The notes under the pieces: model-generated
Told to the model about the DNA's origin: nothing
What the model saw: the letters and a program-made list of their open reading frames with translations, nothing else
The model's database searches: none
Assembly: GCA_033442325.1 (NCBI GenBank)
Contig: JAWQFM010000001.1
Location: 1,610,138 to 1,674,137, forward strand
Direction: 5' to 3'
From: Salpingoeca rosetta
Taxonomy: Eukaryota; Protista; Choanoflagellata
DNA: 64,000 nt
Program-made: the position numbers and the translations under genes
Shown here: positions 29,251-44,550 of the stretch, piece after piece
Position numbering within the stretch: the stretch's first letter is position 1
Layout: each line of letters opens with the position of its first letter

Positions 29251-29723
29251 CAGTGTAATGTAATGTGTAATGTGTAATGTAACACGTCCTGTGGCGCAAT
29301 GTATCGTGATGCTCTTGTGCAGCCACCACCATCATCTTGACCACATGTTGCTGTGCGTATGTATGCTGTCTGCGCGCCTCTGTTGTGACGGCTTCGTTAT
29401 CTCCTTTTGAAAACAGCTCTGAGTACCACTCCCTTCAAAACAAGAGGTGTGTGTACGTTCGTTCCCCTTCCCCTCTTATTTCTTCCTGTTGTGCTGCTGC
29501 TGTTCAATACAGCATCTCAACCGCCCAGACCGAATGAAGGAAAGTGTGCACGTGTGCGGTGGCCTGGTGTGTCTAATCATAAGTTGACGTGCAGAGACAA
29601 GTTTCACCCAGGTGACACATGGTGGTGTCAACGTAAGAGCAAGCGGATATGCCGTGTGGCCAGATGGGCACATTCACGCACCATACACATGCACACATAA
29701 ACACGCATGCAGGGCTGAGGGCA

Positions 29724-30747
29724 TCAGTCTGCGTCAAAGTAAGCGTCTTGCTCGTCCCGTGCGCGTGCGGCGAGATCATCCAGGTCTGGGTTGTCGTCAA
29801 CAGCGCTGTAGTCAAAGAACTCTTCATCTTCCCCGCGCAGAAACCGTTCTTGCATCATGCGAGAAAACTCCTCTCGTAGTCGCTCTCGCTCCTCGTTGCT
29901 CAGCTGTGCTCGCTCCTGGTCGCGTGCCTCCTCCGACTCGTCCCCTGCGTTGTTTGCGAGGAATCGGGTGCGAGGGATTGTGATTGTGCGTGAGAGAGTT
30001 GTGTGTGGGTATGTGAGTTGTGTTTGTGTGTGTGTGTGTGTGTGAGTTGTGTGTGTGTGTGTGTGTGTGTGTGAGTTGTGTGTGTGTGTGTGAGTTGTGT
30101 GTGTGTGTGTGTGTGTGTGAGTTGTGTTTCGTGTGATGTATGTGGGTGCGTGTGTGTTTATGTATGTGTGTACGTGTGTGTGAGTGTGTGTATGTGAGTT
30201 GTGTTTTGGTATGTTTTGATGTGTGAGTGGTGTGTGTACGTGTGTACGTGTGTACGTGTGTGAGTGTGTGAGTGTGTGAGTGAGTGCGAGTGTGAGTGCG
30301 AGTGTGTGTACGTGTGTGAGTGTGTGAGTGTGTGTGAGTTGTGTGGTTATGTATGGGTGTACGTGTGTGGCATGAGAGAAACGCAAAGTGCGTGTGCGGC
30401 AAGCTTGCTGTTGACCCCACAAAACCAGAAGCTGCCCAGGATGTGTCGACGCAACAGAACACACGTACCGAGCAGCTGCTGCTCCAATGACTGCGTGGTG
30501 GCGGCCATGGTGCTGACTGCACGTGTTGGCTGCGATGCACTCGAGGGCAGTCCGGGTATACCCTTTCCGCCATCAGCGTCAGCCTCTTCCTCCTCTTCCT
30601 CCTCTTCTTCCTCCCAGCTTGCGAGTGCCGCCTGCTGTTCCAGATGTAACCGCTCGCTGCAACATCGCAGGCCAAGGTGGGCGAACGCAAAGGGATGCAA
30701 GCACATGAATGAGGAATATGGGCCGAAAAAACCAATGTCAGTCACAG

Positions 30748-30820
<73 letters not shown>

Positions 30821-31700
30821 CACGCACACAACACGCACACACACACACACACACTTTTTCAACATACGTTGTGCGCTGGCCGACGGTGTGGGCAAGAAGC
30901 TGATCAGACCAGCACTGGGTGACAGTTTGCACACGCTGCTCCACCTCAGCATCGCTCAAGTACCGGCCAACAAACTGATCATACAGCCAGGGGCAGCGCT
31001 CCTTCATGGCCTCCTCGGAAAAGAACGTGCCTTCTTGCAGCAGCTGCTGCATTCGTCGGTATCGCCTGCGTGTGTGGTTTGGGTGACGGGATTGGGCAAT
31101 GGAGCAGCGAGGTCATGAGGCTCAGCACTTATCACGGTGTGTGTGCGTGTGTGCGCGCCAAAGGGAACGAAGAGCTGTGGGAAGAGCAACCAGAAGGGGG
31201 CGCGAACACGGGCCAGGAGTCGCACATGCACACAAGTGCACGTGTGTGCACACAAGCGCACAAGTGGGTGCACACGAACATACATACACACACACACACA
31301 AACATGACATACAAACACACACACGCACACACACATGACATACAAACAACACACAAACATGACATACACACACACATACAAACCATCCCACAAACATACA
31401 CGCACACACACACAGCCACCTGTTGCGAACGGTCGTGGCACGCCGCCGTTGGTCGACTTGAAGCTTGCGCAGACCAAACTGAACAACGTAGTCGTCTGTC
31501 ATGGGCTCAAAGTAGCGCAGCGCCTTTGCCGGTAGCCGCGAGCCCCAGCGCTGCAAGAAGGTCCCTGGATTCGCCTGCAGCTGCTGCAACAACGCGGCCT
31601 TCTTCTCCTCCACAGCGGGCTCGGGGTCCCCGCGCTGTTGCGAGATGACATGCACATCATCCCGCACAGCAATGGCTTCACACACACCAACAGCGTCCAT
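29724..31700 (-). CDS. CCDC97: CCDC97 (DUF2052) family protein, multi-exon
   Basis: [39 protein letters not shown], and C-terminal [32 protein letters not shown]...[10 protein letters not shown]. Confidence 0.92.
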
Positions 31701-32080
31701 TCCTCGTCCTCGTCAGCAGCAACCTTCCGCCGTCTTGATCGTAGAAATGTTGTCGAAATCTTCCGTATTTCTTCCGCACCGGCTGCAGGCACTGGGCAGT
31801 CTGCTTTCTTGCCTTGTTGCTTGTCGCTGGCTTGCTTTGCTTGGTTGGAGGTGCAGTGGGACGAGGTCATGTGGGCCGCTTACAGGCGCATCCCGCCACG
31901 CAAGCGTATCGTGTTTGGGGTAAGTACGTTGTATCATCGTGACACTTGAGATTGCGTCGCAGTGCCGGCCGGTTGTTTTTGTTGGCTGTCTCGTCAAGAT
32001 CATTCGGTCATGCAGTTGGTTTGGTGTGTGCCGCTGTTCAAGGAGTGGCTCGCTGTCACACACACACGCACACACGCACA

Positions 32081-32139
<59 letters not shown>

Positions 32140-32611
32140 GCGCACGCATACACACGCGCGCGCACACACGCACTGATGCCACGTTCTCTGTTGTGCACCC
32201 TCGCTGCTGCATATGTGATGTGAAATTGCATTGTAGGTTTTTGGGATGCTGTTTGCGGTGTCGGGCATGAAGTTTTATGAGGATGACGGCTTCTTCCCAA
32301 GCTTTATGCGGCCGTCAACCAACGACGAGGCATCATCATCGCCATCAGCAACTGCAACTACACAGGCTTCTCAAGATAGCAAGACGGAGTCATGACATGA
32401 ACAAGGCCAACCAAGCCGGCTGTTCCTTGCCTTGCTCTACCAGCCTGCCTTGCCTTGCCTGCGCTTCATCTGTGCATATCTCCTTGTCCCTCCGTGCAGC
32501 TTTGTATTGTAATGAACAGGCTGGGAGAACATAGCCAGCCGCTGCAGTGTACACGAATGAAGTGATTGAGACGATGGGAACAGCATTTGGCAGGTCATGT
32601 CATGTGTCACA

Positions 32612-32695
<84 letters not shown>

Positions 32696-32851
32696 CAACA
32701 ACAACAACAACAACAACAACACGACAAGAAAAAACCGCTTCTTCTGATTGCGAGGAAGAAGAAGAGCATTCACACACTCACAAGCGATCGCATCATTACA
32801 ACAACACCACCAACAGCAACAGCACCGCTCACGCAGTGACCGCAGTCCGCG

Positions 32852-33724
32852 ATGCGGGAGGCGCTGGTGGCCAGCTATGTGGTGAAGCAGGGGCAGATAC
32901 ACCGAGCCTGGCGAAGGCGGTGGATGTGCCTGTACAGGGATGGCGTGATTGAGTACCAGGTGGACATGGGTAGGCCGATTCGCGGGCGCATCGACATGCG
33001 GGACGTGAAGGAGATCGTGCGTGGAAAGGACTGCGCTGACAAAGCTTGGCCGCACGCGGCACCCAAGTGGCCACGCTTCTGCTCTCAAAACACCATGTTT
33101 GCCCTCATCACGGAGCACCGCACATACTACCTGTACACATTCACCCCGCGCGACGCCTTTGCGTGGATCGCCCAGCTTGAGCGCACGCAGTTTGATCTCG
33201 TCAACGAAGCAAGCAGCTGCAAACCCCGTACCTTCTCCGTCTCCATTGCAGTAAGCCACATCCCTCTACGCACGTGTGCGCGTGTCTGTGTGTATGCGTC
33301 CAGTATTTGTGTGTGTGTGTGTGTGTGTCTGTGTCTGTGTCTGTGTCTGTGTGTGTTTGTGCGTGTGTGTGTCTGTGTCTGTGTCTGTGCGTCTGTGTGT
33401 CTGTAGGTGTGTGTGTGTGTCTGCCTGTCTGTGCGTACTGTGAGTGTGAGCGTATCTTCGCCCGCCCTCTTTCTCCCGCGCTCGCGCGCGCTCTCTTCCC
33501 CTCCCCCATGTGGCTATGCCCTGCCACTTATGACGGGGGCCTTGCTCACGCCACTTGCGCTGGTGGCACAGGACGTGAAAGACGTGCGAATACCGGCGTA
33601 CCTGCCAGAGGATGTGGCTCACGACATGACACTGGCACTGGAACGCCCGTCTGCGCACATCTCATGCTGTCGCGCCACATTCACCGCCACGCCTTCCATG
33701 TTGGCTACAACCATCACTGAGACC

Positions 33725-33758
<34 letters not shown>

Positions 33759-34492
33759 TGTGTTAGGGGGGGGCTTGAGTCACCAGCCTGAACTACGGCC
33801 AGGGAAGAGTGCCCACTATCCAATAACTGCAACTACCACTTACATACACGCACACTCACTCACTCACACACTCACTCACTCACTCACACACTCACTCACT
33901 CACTCACTCACTCACACACACACACACACACACACATACACTACACAAAACCACCAACTTGCGTGTGGCACAGGGTATTGCATGGCCAGGAAACCCCTGT
34001 GGACGCTGCAACCACACACGTCCTGTACCGGCGAGACTGCAGCCCCATCATGGCAGTCACGCTGACTGCGCTGGCCACAACCTTCGAAGGCATCAACTTC
34101 GCCGGCGTCCTCACTGTCACACACAAGGACCAGCCAGAGCCAATGTAAGCGCCGTGTCAATGTTGTAAGAGCCTGTGTGGGCGTCAACGAAAGGCACCTC
34201 CATTTTGCTCAGCCGCGCTCTGGTGCTCCAAGTGATGAACACCACCCTGCATTACAGCACATGCTTGACCCTCACTGCCACCGTCCTCGCCCCCTCCCCG
34301 CACCCTGATCTTGGTTCACCCCTTGCCCCTGTGCGCAGCCGCGTGTATCTCCCTGGGATGTTTACCTATGACCCTGCTGGGGCCACGGGAACCCAACACG
34401 ACGAGAGGTGTGTGTGCAAATGAACTGGAATTGTCCACCGCGTGTGTGATGTGGGCGTCGTAAGGCTGCGTGTTTGGTGATTCGCCGCCATC

Positions 34493-34548
<56 letters not shown>

Positions 34549-34817
34549 GGTTGACAGCGTGAGCGAAGAGCACGCTCGGGTGCACATGCACATCGTCGCT
34601 GCGGAGATGGCTGCGATTCTGCAACATGCCTCCCTCGAGGACATCAACAAGGTCTGTGACGCGCGCTGCGTTGTGATGTGCGAAAACGCTCTGCCTTTCA
34701 TGTGTTCCGTCGACACACACCCTGACTGTGCATGCAAGCTCCCCACACCCTCACAACTCACTGTCTCTCCAACACACACGGTCACACATACACGTACACA
34801 CGTCAACGAACACGCAT

Positions 34818-34882
<65 letters not shown>

Positions 34883-37548
34883 TGTCACAGCTGCACGCTT
34901 CCTTTGATTCGCTTGTGCGCGAGTGCACTGGGCGACCCCTCTTGCACATGTGGATGCACCACCAGCTCGTCTCAGCCTTCATCCACGGCAAACACCCGCA
35001 GTCGTATGCAGAATTCATTGCTGCGACAATCGCTGAGCGCCCTGCAGACCGCGGCGTGAACCTTCAGGACCCTTCGCACGCGCACACAACCGCCTACCTT
35101 GCATCGCGCACGGATAGTGATGCACAGGCGCCGCCTCAGTTCTTTGCTGCACTCGTCCACAACGTATGCACGTGTCTGATAGGTGTCACGGTTGTTGGCG
35201 AATATTATCCTGCACGTGTGCGTGTGTGTGAATGCATCCGTTGACCTACTTGCGTATGCATTTGCATATACGCGTATACGTGTACATGGTGTGCTGTATG
35301 CATGCACGTGATCATCATTCCCATCGCACGCGTCTGACGCAACCCCATCCACTGCCCTCTCCCATCTCCAAACGTTCCTCAAACCCGCCTTCCTTGCTTG
35401 TTTGCTTTGTTTGCTTTGTTTGCTTTGTTTGTTTGTTTGTTTGCTTTGTTTGTTTGTTTGTGCAGGGGATGAGGTTGGCGCAGCTGGTCGGGCTCGCCCA
35501 GTTTCGCCTGCTGCAAAGGATGGCTGAGCCTGAATCGATGGAGGAGCTCAAGTCGTGCAATCCGGCGCCGGCCGCTCTCGTCGGCGCAGACGCGTTGCGC
35601 GCAGCCCTCATGCTGTGCACCATCCACGAGGCCGAGAAGCTGCGGTGCTGCTGGCGTGTGGATCCGGCGTCCACCACACAGTCACGAACCCGTGACTCAC
35701 CAACACAGGACGCAGCAACTGCAGAGAGCGAAGCCCCTGGTGATGGCAACGATGGTGACGCCAAAGCAAAGCGCGGTGGTGAAGTGGGTGGTGTTGTTGG
35801 TGCAGACAACAGCAGCGCAAAGGTCACGGTTGGCAGTGGTTCGACGATGCACGTGCGTGTGAGAGCCACTGCTTTGGAAGATGACGACGTGGTGCGTGCA
35901 GACGCCACAGTCTCGGTGAATGTGCGGCCGCAGCCCGCCACAGCAAGCAGCGAACCAGCGACAGTGGCGCCGCCTTTCCACTTGCGAGATGATGTATCTG
36001 TCTCGTTTTCACGTGAAGGCGTGCAGTGCGAAGGCATCGGCTTTGCCGGCTCCATCACCGTCCGCCGTGCTGATAATGGCCCACCGAGGTTGGTACCGTG
36101 TTGAACCCCTGTTGCGCCCGCGTCGTGGTTGAGAACCTGAACCTGTTGTTGTCTGTTGTTTGTCTGTTCGTGCTGCAGTGGCCCTACGCCTTTTGCTTGC
36201 ACTGTCTTTATGGGTTGGTGCTGTAACAACAACAACCCCTCCCCCTCCCGCCATGTTACTTGGTCTACCAAGCGTCGATTGATCACAACCATGATTATGA
36301 TTGTGCTCCTCAGGGTTGTGCTGGTGCCTGGTGTTCGCACATACGACATTGCAGGCAAGACTGGAGGCACACGCGCTTCAGAGAGGTGAGGCAGCAGCAC
36401 TGGCACGCGTGGGATGTTGGAATCAGCACACAAACCCGGGCCATGTCACATCGCAGCACTTGCTTTGCTTTTTTCTGTTGACAGCATGTAGCTTCTCTGC
36501 GGCGCCAAAAGTCGCACACACACACGTACACACGCACACACACACACACGTACGCACACGCACGCACGCGCCCACAAATGCAAACCAACACACATGCGTG
36601 CTCACTCAAACCGCTGTCAGGGTTGGCGAGGCGGATGTCCGGTTTTTGAGCAGCGTGATCGTGTGTGAACTTGTGGCGGCCCTCCATTCCGCAACGGCAG
36701 CAGAGCTCGACGTCGTACGTGCATGTGATATATGATGAGGGTATTGGGACTGGCCGTGCTGACCCCTTGACACACACACACACACACACACTCTCTCTCT
36801 CTCACGCTCTCTCTCACATACACACACACACTCTCTCTCTCTCTCACACTCACACATACTCACACACACACACACACACACCCTCTCACACATACACACA
36901 CACCGACTCACACATGTGTCCTCACGTCAACACGCGTGCATGCATGTGCTCACTTGACAGATGAGCGCTGCGTTTGCCGAGATGAACACGGCGTTTCATG
37001 GACGGCCCACACTCGCTGCTTGGCTCCACAACCAAGTCGTGCGCAGCATGTGTGGGGCTGAACACGCGACCACATCAACCCACGACACCAAAGTGACTGA
37101 TGCCGAACACAGCGCCGACATGACTGAGGCTGCGTCTTACGCATTGTTTCTTCGCAGCACGCGAGATGTGTCACAGCTGTCGCCGCAAGCACATCTTACC
37201 GCTTACTTGGCCAGTTTGGACGCAGGCTCCCCACAGCCGCCACTCGCATTCCTCGCCACATGCTTCAGAGCGGTGCGTTTCGTGTGCGATCTGCGCGCAA
37301 TGTGCGCGCATCGTGTGGATATTGTGTGGGTAGAATGTTTGCATCGTGTGGGTATTGTGTGCCTTGCTTCCATTCCAACCTTTTTTCGCGCACGTGCATT
37401 CTCATCAGCACACATGCGCTCACCAAATCATATGCGCGTGTGTGCGTATGCGAGACAGGAAAACTTGGGGAAGGTGCTTCCATTGGCACAAGCGAGGTTG
37501 CTGGAGACGCTGGTGCGAGAAATGGACGAGCAAGGAGAGACTGCGTAG
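32852..37548 (+). CDS. Orphan protein: N-terminal PH domain plus two tandem copies of an unrecognised domain
   Basis: PH motifs YVVKQGQIHRAWRRRWMCL, GRIDM, FALITEHRTYYL, AWIAQL. Eleven exons splice in frame by GT-AG to ...EMDEQGETA*. Confidence 0.8.
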
Positions 37549-38083
37549 CCGAATCATCTCCCCAGATCACGTGCGTTGACACACACACACACGCACGCAC
37601 GCACGCACGCACACGCACGCACGCACACGCACGCACACATTCACACACACACACACACACACACATTCACACACACACGCACACTCCAGTTTGCCTTGTG
37701 GTTTAGATTACGCGCGTGAGTTTTCTGCTAGTGCTGCTGTTTCGTACTGTCCTTGATACAAGGAGTGATATGTATCCGACCAAGAACAATAGAGTCGTGG
37801 AGACATCCAACACATGTCCAATGTACACACGTGCAGGACACAAAGAAGTCAAGGGAGAACCCTGTACCCCATCAGAGAGTAACGGAAACACACAAAACGA
37901 GCAAGAGCAACTGCATGCGTTGACTTGCAGGCACTGCGATCTTGCCACGAGGGGCCACATCACGTTGAACCTTGCCCACAAACGACCACTTGCTTGTGTA
38001 CACCAGAAGACCTGAAACACACCACACCACACACACAACACATACACGCACACACACAGAGCAGATTGTGGAGGTGTTGCTGC

Positions 38084-38227
38084 TCATCTGACAGTGACGA
38101 CGGGCTCGCTGACGGGCATTGCAACAACGGCGGTGACAATGGGGAGCGAACGCTGCGGAGAGTACAGCTGCACTTTGATTGGACTGGACACCATCTCTTG
38201 CGTAATGCACTGCACACACACACGCAC

Positions 38228-38322
<95 letters not shown>

Positions 38323-40637
38323 TGCAACGTGTGACGTGGGGTGGGGCGGAAGGACGGCACAACAGGCACAGTCAGAAGAGCGCGGGGCAATATGGGGTGA
38401 TAGAGAGAGGGTGTTTGGACAGGCATGACAACTATAGAGAAGACGTACACACAGAGAATATACATGGACACGCAAACACGCACACACATGTACACATACT
38501 CAAACATGCACATTATGCACGATTTGCACGTACATGCGTGCTTCGCTTCACTGACCTGAACGTTGAAGGACTCCGTGTATGTGACGCCTGGAACAAGATG
38601 TGGAATGAGGCCAGAGGGGTTCTGAATGTCATACATGCTTTCGTCCCACGTGAGCGCGAGGCGGATGTCGGACACGGCCGTCGCACTCGTGTTTTGCACA
38701 GTCACGAGCAAGCGGAATGTCGGGCCGATGCCTTGCACTGCAGCGCCAACCTGAACCACAGAAAGAAATGGAAGGAAAGCGAAAGCAAAAGCGAGAGTGT
38801 GCAAAAGTGCGTTGGTGCGTGTGGTTGGGCACACGCGTGCAAGATAGAGAGTGTGTGTGTGTGCGTGTGCGCGTGTGTGTGCGCGTGTGTGTGTCCATAT
38901 CGTAAGTCTGAGCAACAGGCCAGTCGTGGGTACAGCAACAAAGAAAAAGCGTTGTGCACAAAGCACGGATTGGTACAAATCTCAAGCATCACGATAGGAA
39001 CTGCACCTGGAACTTGACGTCTTCGAGAGCAGATGTCGGTGCAAGCGCAGAGGTCATTGCCTTGACGTATTTGCGGGCTGGCGTTTGCCATTCGCAACAG
39101 CAACGACGCGCATGTTGATGGGTGCGCGTGCATGCACAAACAAAAGACAGCGATGAGACAAACCGTTGAGAGATACCGTGGTGACACACGAAAGGGTGTT
39201 CGCGCTTGCACGTGTGTGCGTTTTCGTGTCCGCATGTGCAGCAATTGTCAAAAACATTACAGTGCAGCAACGCAAACAAACACACATCAAACACGAGCAA
39301 GCACACATTACGCGCGACCTACACACGATCACGCATTTGCATGGCAACATACCGACGAGGACCTGCAAGACGTAGTGGTCACGGCGAAATGCCTGATGCA
39401 TCGACACGGCGTTGTCCTTCTCCCGCTGCGTCTGGTCAACATAGAGTTTGGTCTTTGTCGGCACTTTGATGCGGATGTGCTGCTCTGGTGGCGGACCTGT
39501 GCCGCAATCACGTGCGCGTGGTGGGTGTGAGTTGGGGGGGGGGGTAGATGGGAGTGGATGGTTTCAATGAAACCGAAAGAAAAGCCCCATCATGGTTGGG
39601 GGCAACGGTGTGATGTGGACACGCGTGGCGTGTGCGGAGATCGCAAGAGACGCGCTGTCTGACGGAAGAGAGGCGCTCGCTGAGTAGCAAAGCCAGGCAT
39701 TGATTTGGACACCAAGAGAGACAAAACAGAAAAGGAAGATCCCACCTTTCACGCCCTTGAGCTGGTGGAACTCTGTGGCCCTTTTCAGCCGGTGCACGAT
39801 GTAGTGGCCCTCCTGCGTGACCGTCACTGCATCACGTGACACATGGATGGCAGAGTGGGATCGGGGCACGCATGCGTTTGTTGGAGAGCGGTTGTGAACA
39901 CGTGCGGTGTTGTGTTGTGGCGTGGCCGTGCAATGGGAAATGAAATGGCGACAGCACAGCAATTAAAACAACAATCCCTGACACACAACTTGGACAACAT
40001 GGCGCAACAACAGCTGCAACAACAGCTGCAACAATTGAAGCACCAACTGAAACAACTTCGACAAGACGGGCAGATCAGAGGGCAGGACGCCATGCCGCAC
40101 CGAGTACGTAGCTGTCGCGCCAGAGACGGCCGAAACGAAGCGCAGCAACACCGCTGTCGACCTTCAACGTGCTGAGCATCTCTTTGTCGCTGTACAGGCG
40201 GATCTCGCCATTCTCAAGTCCGATTAGCGTTAACTGCCGCAGAGAGGGCAAGGAGAATGGAAGAAAGCAAGGGCGATGTGACGCGCAAAGGTGAGGGAAC
40301 AGGTCACACAGGCATTATGGTTATGCACAGACACAACAGCCTCACGGAGGCGTTAACATACGTGTGCACGCGCGTACATGTACATTACATTTACACATGC
40401 ACACGTACACATGTAAATACACACGCATACACGCGTATGTAAACACACAAACACGCGCGCGCGCACGCATACAACGCACCCTGAGCATCTTTGGCCTGTA
40501 GACCATTGGGCTGTGCGCGGTGATGGGAGCAGGCATCTTGACCTGCCACAGACGGCGACCCTGTGCAGCGGTGGTGGATGGCGGATGGCGGGTGAGTTGT
40601 GGCGTGAGTAGAAGGGTGTGGGTATGTATCACAGTGC

Positions 40638-40716
<79 letters not shown>

Positions 40717-40791
40717 GAGAGACAGAGAGAGACACACAGAGAGAGAGAGACACACAGAGAGAGAGAGACACACAGAGACAGAGAGACAGAC

Positions 40792-40838
<47 letters not shown>

Positions 40839-41902
40839 GAGACAGAGAGGGACAGAGACAGAGACAGAGAGAGAGACAGACAGACAGAGAGACAGACAGA
40901 CAGAGAGAGAGGGGGGAGGGTATTGAACTGAACCTCAGCAGCCAACGAAACCAAACAGACACACACATGCGCACACATGTGAGCACACACATGTGAGCAC
41001 ACACATGCGCGCACGCACGCACACACACACACACACACACACAGGTCTTTCATACGCACGGTTCTGTGCGGACCTTTGTGCTGAAGCAGTAGAGGCAGGA
41101 GTCTGCGCAGGAGATGAGGAGCGATTTTCCGATACGGTCAATGCCAACAGCGGGCGCAGGCAGCGAAAACGAGTGATCTGCAAGCTTTCCCCTGCTTGCA
41201 GGCAAGGGCACGGCACGATTGGAGGGAGCAGAAGCATGGAGTGGATGAGTAAACAGGCCGGAGGACGATGGAATAAAGGCAGCACGTGTGGAGGGATGGA
41301 GAGGTGGGGAGGAAGCCAGGAACTGAGCATGATGGGGGTGCAGAAGGATTCGGGCACAGAGTCACATGTATGTAAAGCCACCCAGCTCCACGTCAACAAG
41401 GGTACAACGCACCCTTTGATGTGGCACACGGTGCCATCGCGTGTGCAAGCGTGGATTCTGTAGTCGGTATCCAGGGCGCCACTCGCCGTCATGCACGCAA
41501 CGGGGCTGAGGAGGGGGGAGGAGTGTGGAGGTAGCGATGATGGAGGCAACAGTCGAGTGGATGAAGTGTGACAGCAGAGAGGGAGAGAGTATGTAATGCG
41601 GGATAAGCACGTGAAACGCACATACACACACATGCACACACATGCACATGAACAGTGGAGGCATGCTTGCTCACCCTGGGAGGGACACACGGACGACTGC
41701 GGCAAAGTTTGTTGGATTGAGAACAAACACCTGACCGTCCTCTGTCCCAAGAACGGGGCACGCCACCCCAGTGTCATCGCCACCAAGCTGCACATGCACG
41801 CACATGCATATAGCATTGGAGGTGCACGCAAGTGCATGCGTGTGTGTGTTTGAGAAAGAAGACAAAAACGGAGAGGTTCGTGCACGTGAGCGATTGAGCA
41901 AC

Positions 41903-41968
<66 letters not shown>

Positions 41969-42206
41969 CCCAAGACGGGGAGGCGGTATCGTTGACAAGT
42001 GCGTCTGGGACGTACGGCCGCAACAGCTGTGTTCACAGCACGCATGCGCACCTTTGCGAGTGTGCCGACAGTTGTGATGACAGCGGGCGTGGTGGCGGGC
42101 TGCGTCTTGACCATGTTGACGAAATCCTCCCGCATCTCAGGCGGCAGCGCTGCCCCAGCACATGTCCAGGATGTGTATACGTGTGTGTGTGTGTTTTGTG
42201 TGTGTG

Positions 42207-42246
<40 letters not shown>

Positions 42247-42921
42247 TCGAGTGAGTGGGCGGGAGTACGAAGGTGGAGCTGATGCACGGCAAGAGAGAGA
42301 AGGTGAATCGAACACCACACACACATACACACATGCACACAAGCACACACTTGGGCATGGCGTGCACACGTGTCGTGGACGTACACAGGAATTTGAGGGA
42401 CCGGGGGGAGAGCTTGACGCCGTTGCCACGAAGCGTGAGCAGCGCATTCTGCAGCACATCTGCATCCACGCGCTGCCAGGGTACACAGAGATGGTGTGTG
42501 TGTGTGCGTGTGTGTGTGTGTGTGTAGCAGGTGAGCGAGTGGAGTGAGTGGCAGAAGAGATGGTACCTGAGGCAAGGACATCAAACAAACCCAGCACTGT
42601 TGATAATTGCATATCCACGTGTGTGTGCACTTGAGACACAATAGCACGCACACGTGTGACCACTGACCTCGGCGCGACGCACACCAACCCACGTCTCAAG
42701 CTCTTGCTCATCGAGCTGGGAACAGAAACATCAAGCGAATATCCCGCAAGCAATCACGCATGAATCAACGCAACAATGCTTGGCATGCAGGCGCACATGT
42801 GAGGAATACACACACACATAAAACACACGCACCGGCAAGTCCGGAAGGATGAATTTGTAGAAGGGCTTCAAGTTCTTAAACACATAAAGGGCGTTACCCG
42901 ATGCCACCGCAATGGCTGTGG

Positions 42922-43008
<87 letters not shown>

Positions 43009-44195
43009 TCGCAAACAGCCAGGCTGTGAGTGAGCAATGCGGTGTGGAGACGACAAGTGTTCGCAGCAAAATCAGGCGACGGCACGAACGAAACAGGAAG
43101 CAAGGCGGAGGTGCAATGCAATTGTACCTGGTGCTGACGCCTCATCCGATGTGCGAAAAGAGATTGTGCCGCACGGAAACCCGAACAAGTGGATGGACTG
43201 GCACGCATCCACAACCCAATCGAGACGCGCGTGAACAAGGAAGCAAACTTGGCGCGGCAGCACATTGTGACACGGGATGCACGTGAACACACAACAAATC
43301 AAACATGCTTGCACACAGCCACAACAAATGTCGCCAGGTAGAAAAGCACGCTCGCAAGCACCGTGCGTACCAACGCTGTTGTACCTGCTGGAGTTCACCG
43401 CAGTTGAGGACTTGCAGCTTGGACTTTCCTTCTGCAAACTGCATGTTGGCTACAATCACCTGAAAGCAAGCAAGCACAGCAAACCAGCGATGGAGTCAGG
43501 AACGACCAACAAAGCCACACACGAGAAACACCAGCTTGACAACGGCAGTGCTTCTTCTGTGCAGCTTGTTCTGAGACTCTGGACTTACCTTGTTCTCCCC
43601 TTGGTTGTTGACATCAGCAAACGCTGGTTGTGGTAAATGTTGCGTGCGTGAGAGTGTGCGAGAGTGAGAGAGTGTGTGTTTGTGTGTGTGTGTGTTTGTG
43701 TGTGTGTTTGTGTGTGTTTGTGTTTGTGTGTGTGTGTGTTAGTGTTAGTGTGTGTGTTTGTGTGTGTGTGTGTTAGTGTGTGTGTTTGTGTGTGTGTGTG
43801 TGCGTGCGTTAGAGATGTGTCGAGGGAGCGCGACGTGAGCCACAGATGTGCCACTCTGCGTCAGGCTCGAGTCTAGAAAATACGCAGATCCAGAGATTCA
43901 ATTACACGCATACACACACATGCACAAACGCAAACATGCTCACATACACATGCACAAACGCACTAACATTCACACACTCACACACACACTCACTGATGCA
44001 TGAGGATGTGCAGTCCATGTCGGCGATGGGGTCGTCCACCACTTTTTGCCAAGGCTCATCCTTGACACGTTTGGTGTTCGCTGTCTTTCGGCCACCCACA
44101 CCGACCCTGGAAGAGCCCTCGCCCTGGCCCACACCACCCTGCTGTGGCTGGTTGCCAACATCACCGCCATCCCCTGTGCTCTGCACGTCAGCCAT
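38084..44195 (-). CDS. BBS1: Bardet-Biedl syndrome 1 protein (BBSome subunit), multi-exon
   Basis: [100 protein letters not shown]. Confidence 0.96.
40642..40910. repeat. (GA)n microsatellite, reading (CT)n on the BBS1 sense strand
   Basis: About 270 bp GA/GACA repeat in a BBS1 intron. Confidence 0.95.
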
Positions 44196-44550
44196 CCCGA
44201 AGCACAGCACTCAAACAGGCAGGAGTGTCTGTCTGTTGGTCGGTTTTATTTTGTTTGTGTGGTGGTTGGCTGGTTTGAATATTGGCGAATATTTTCAACA
44301 AATTCTCCTCATCCGCCATCGAAGAAAAAAAAAAAACTGCTGTGCTGGCCATTATCGTCGCTGCCACAACCAACGAACACAGCACCCACACCACTGCTTC
44401 CATCTGTTGCTGTTGTGATACAGCCTGGCTGACTTGTTGTATTGGAGTGTGGAGCCTAACCCTTGAATTGGAGTGTGGAGCACATCTCTACGGTCAACAC
44501 CACATCCGCCTTTTCACCCCACTGTCCTTCCATTGGCCAGTTTTGCTGTC

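Noticed and set aside
44151-44157. GTTGCCA RFX-like half-site near the BBS1 start
   Set aside because: It lies inside the coding exon, and a 7-mer match is expected by chance.
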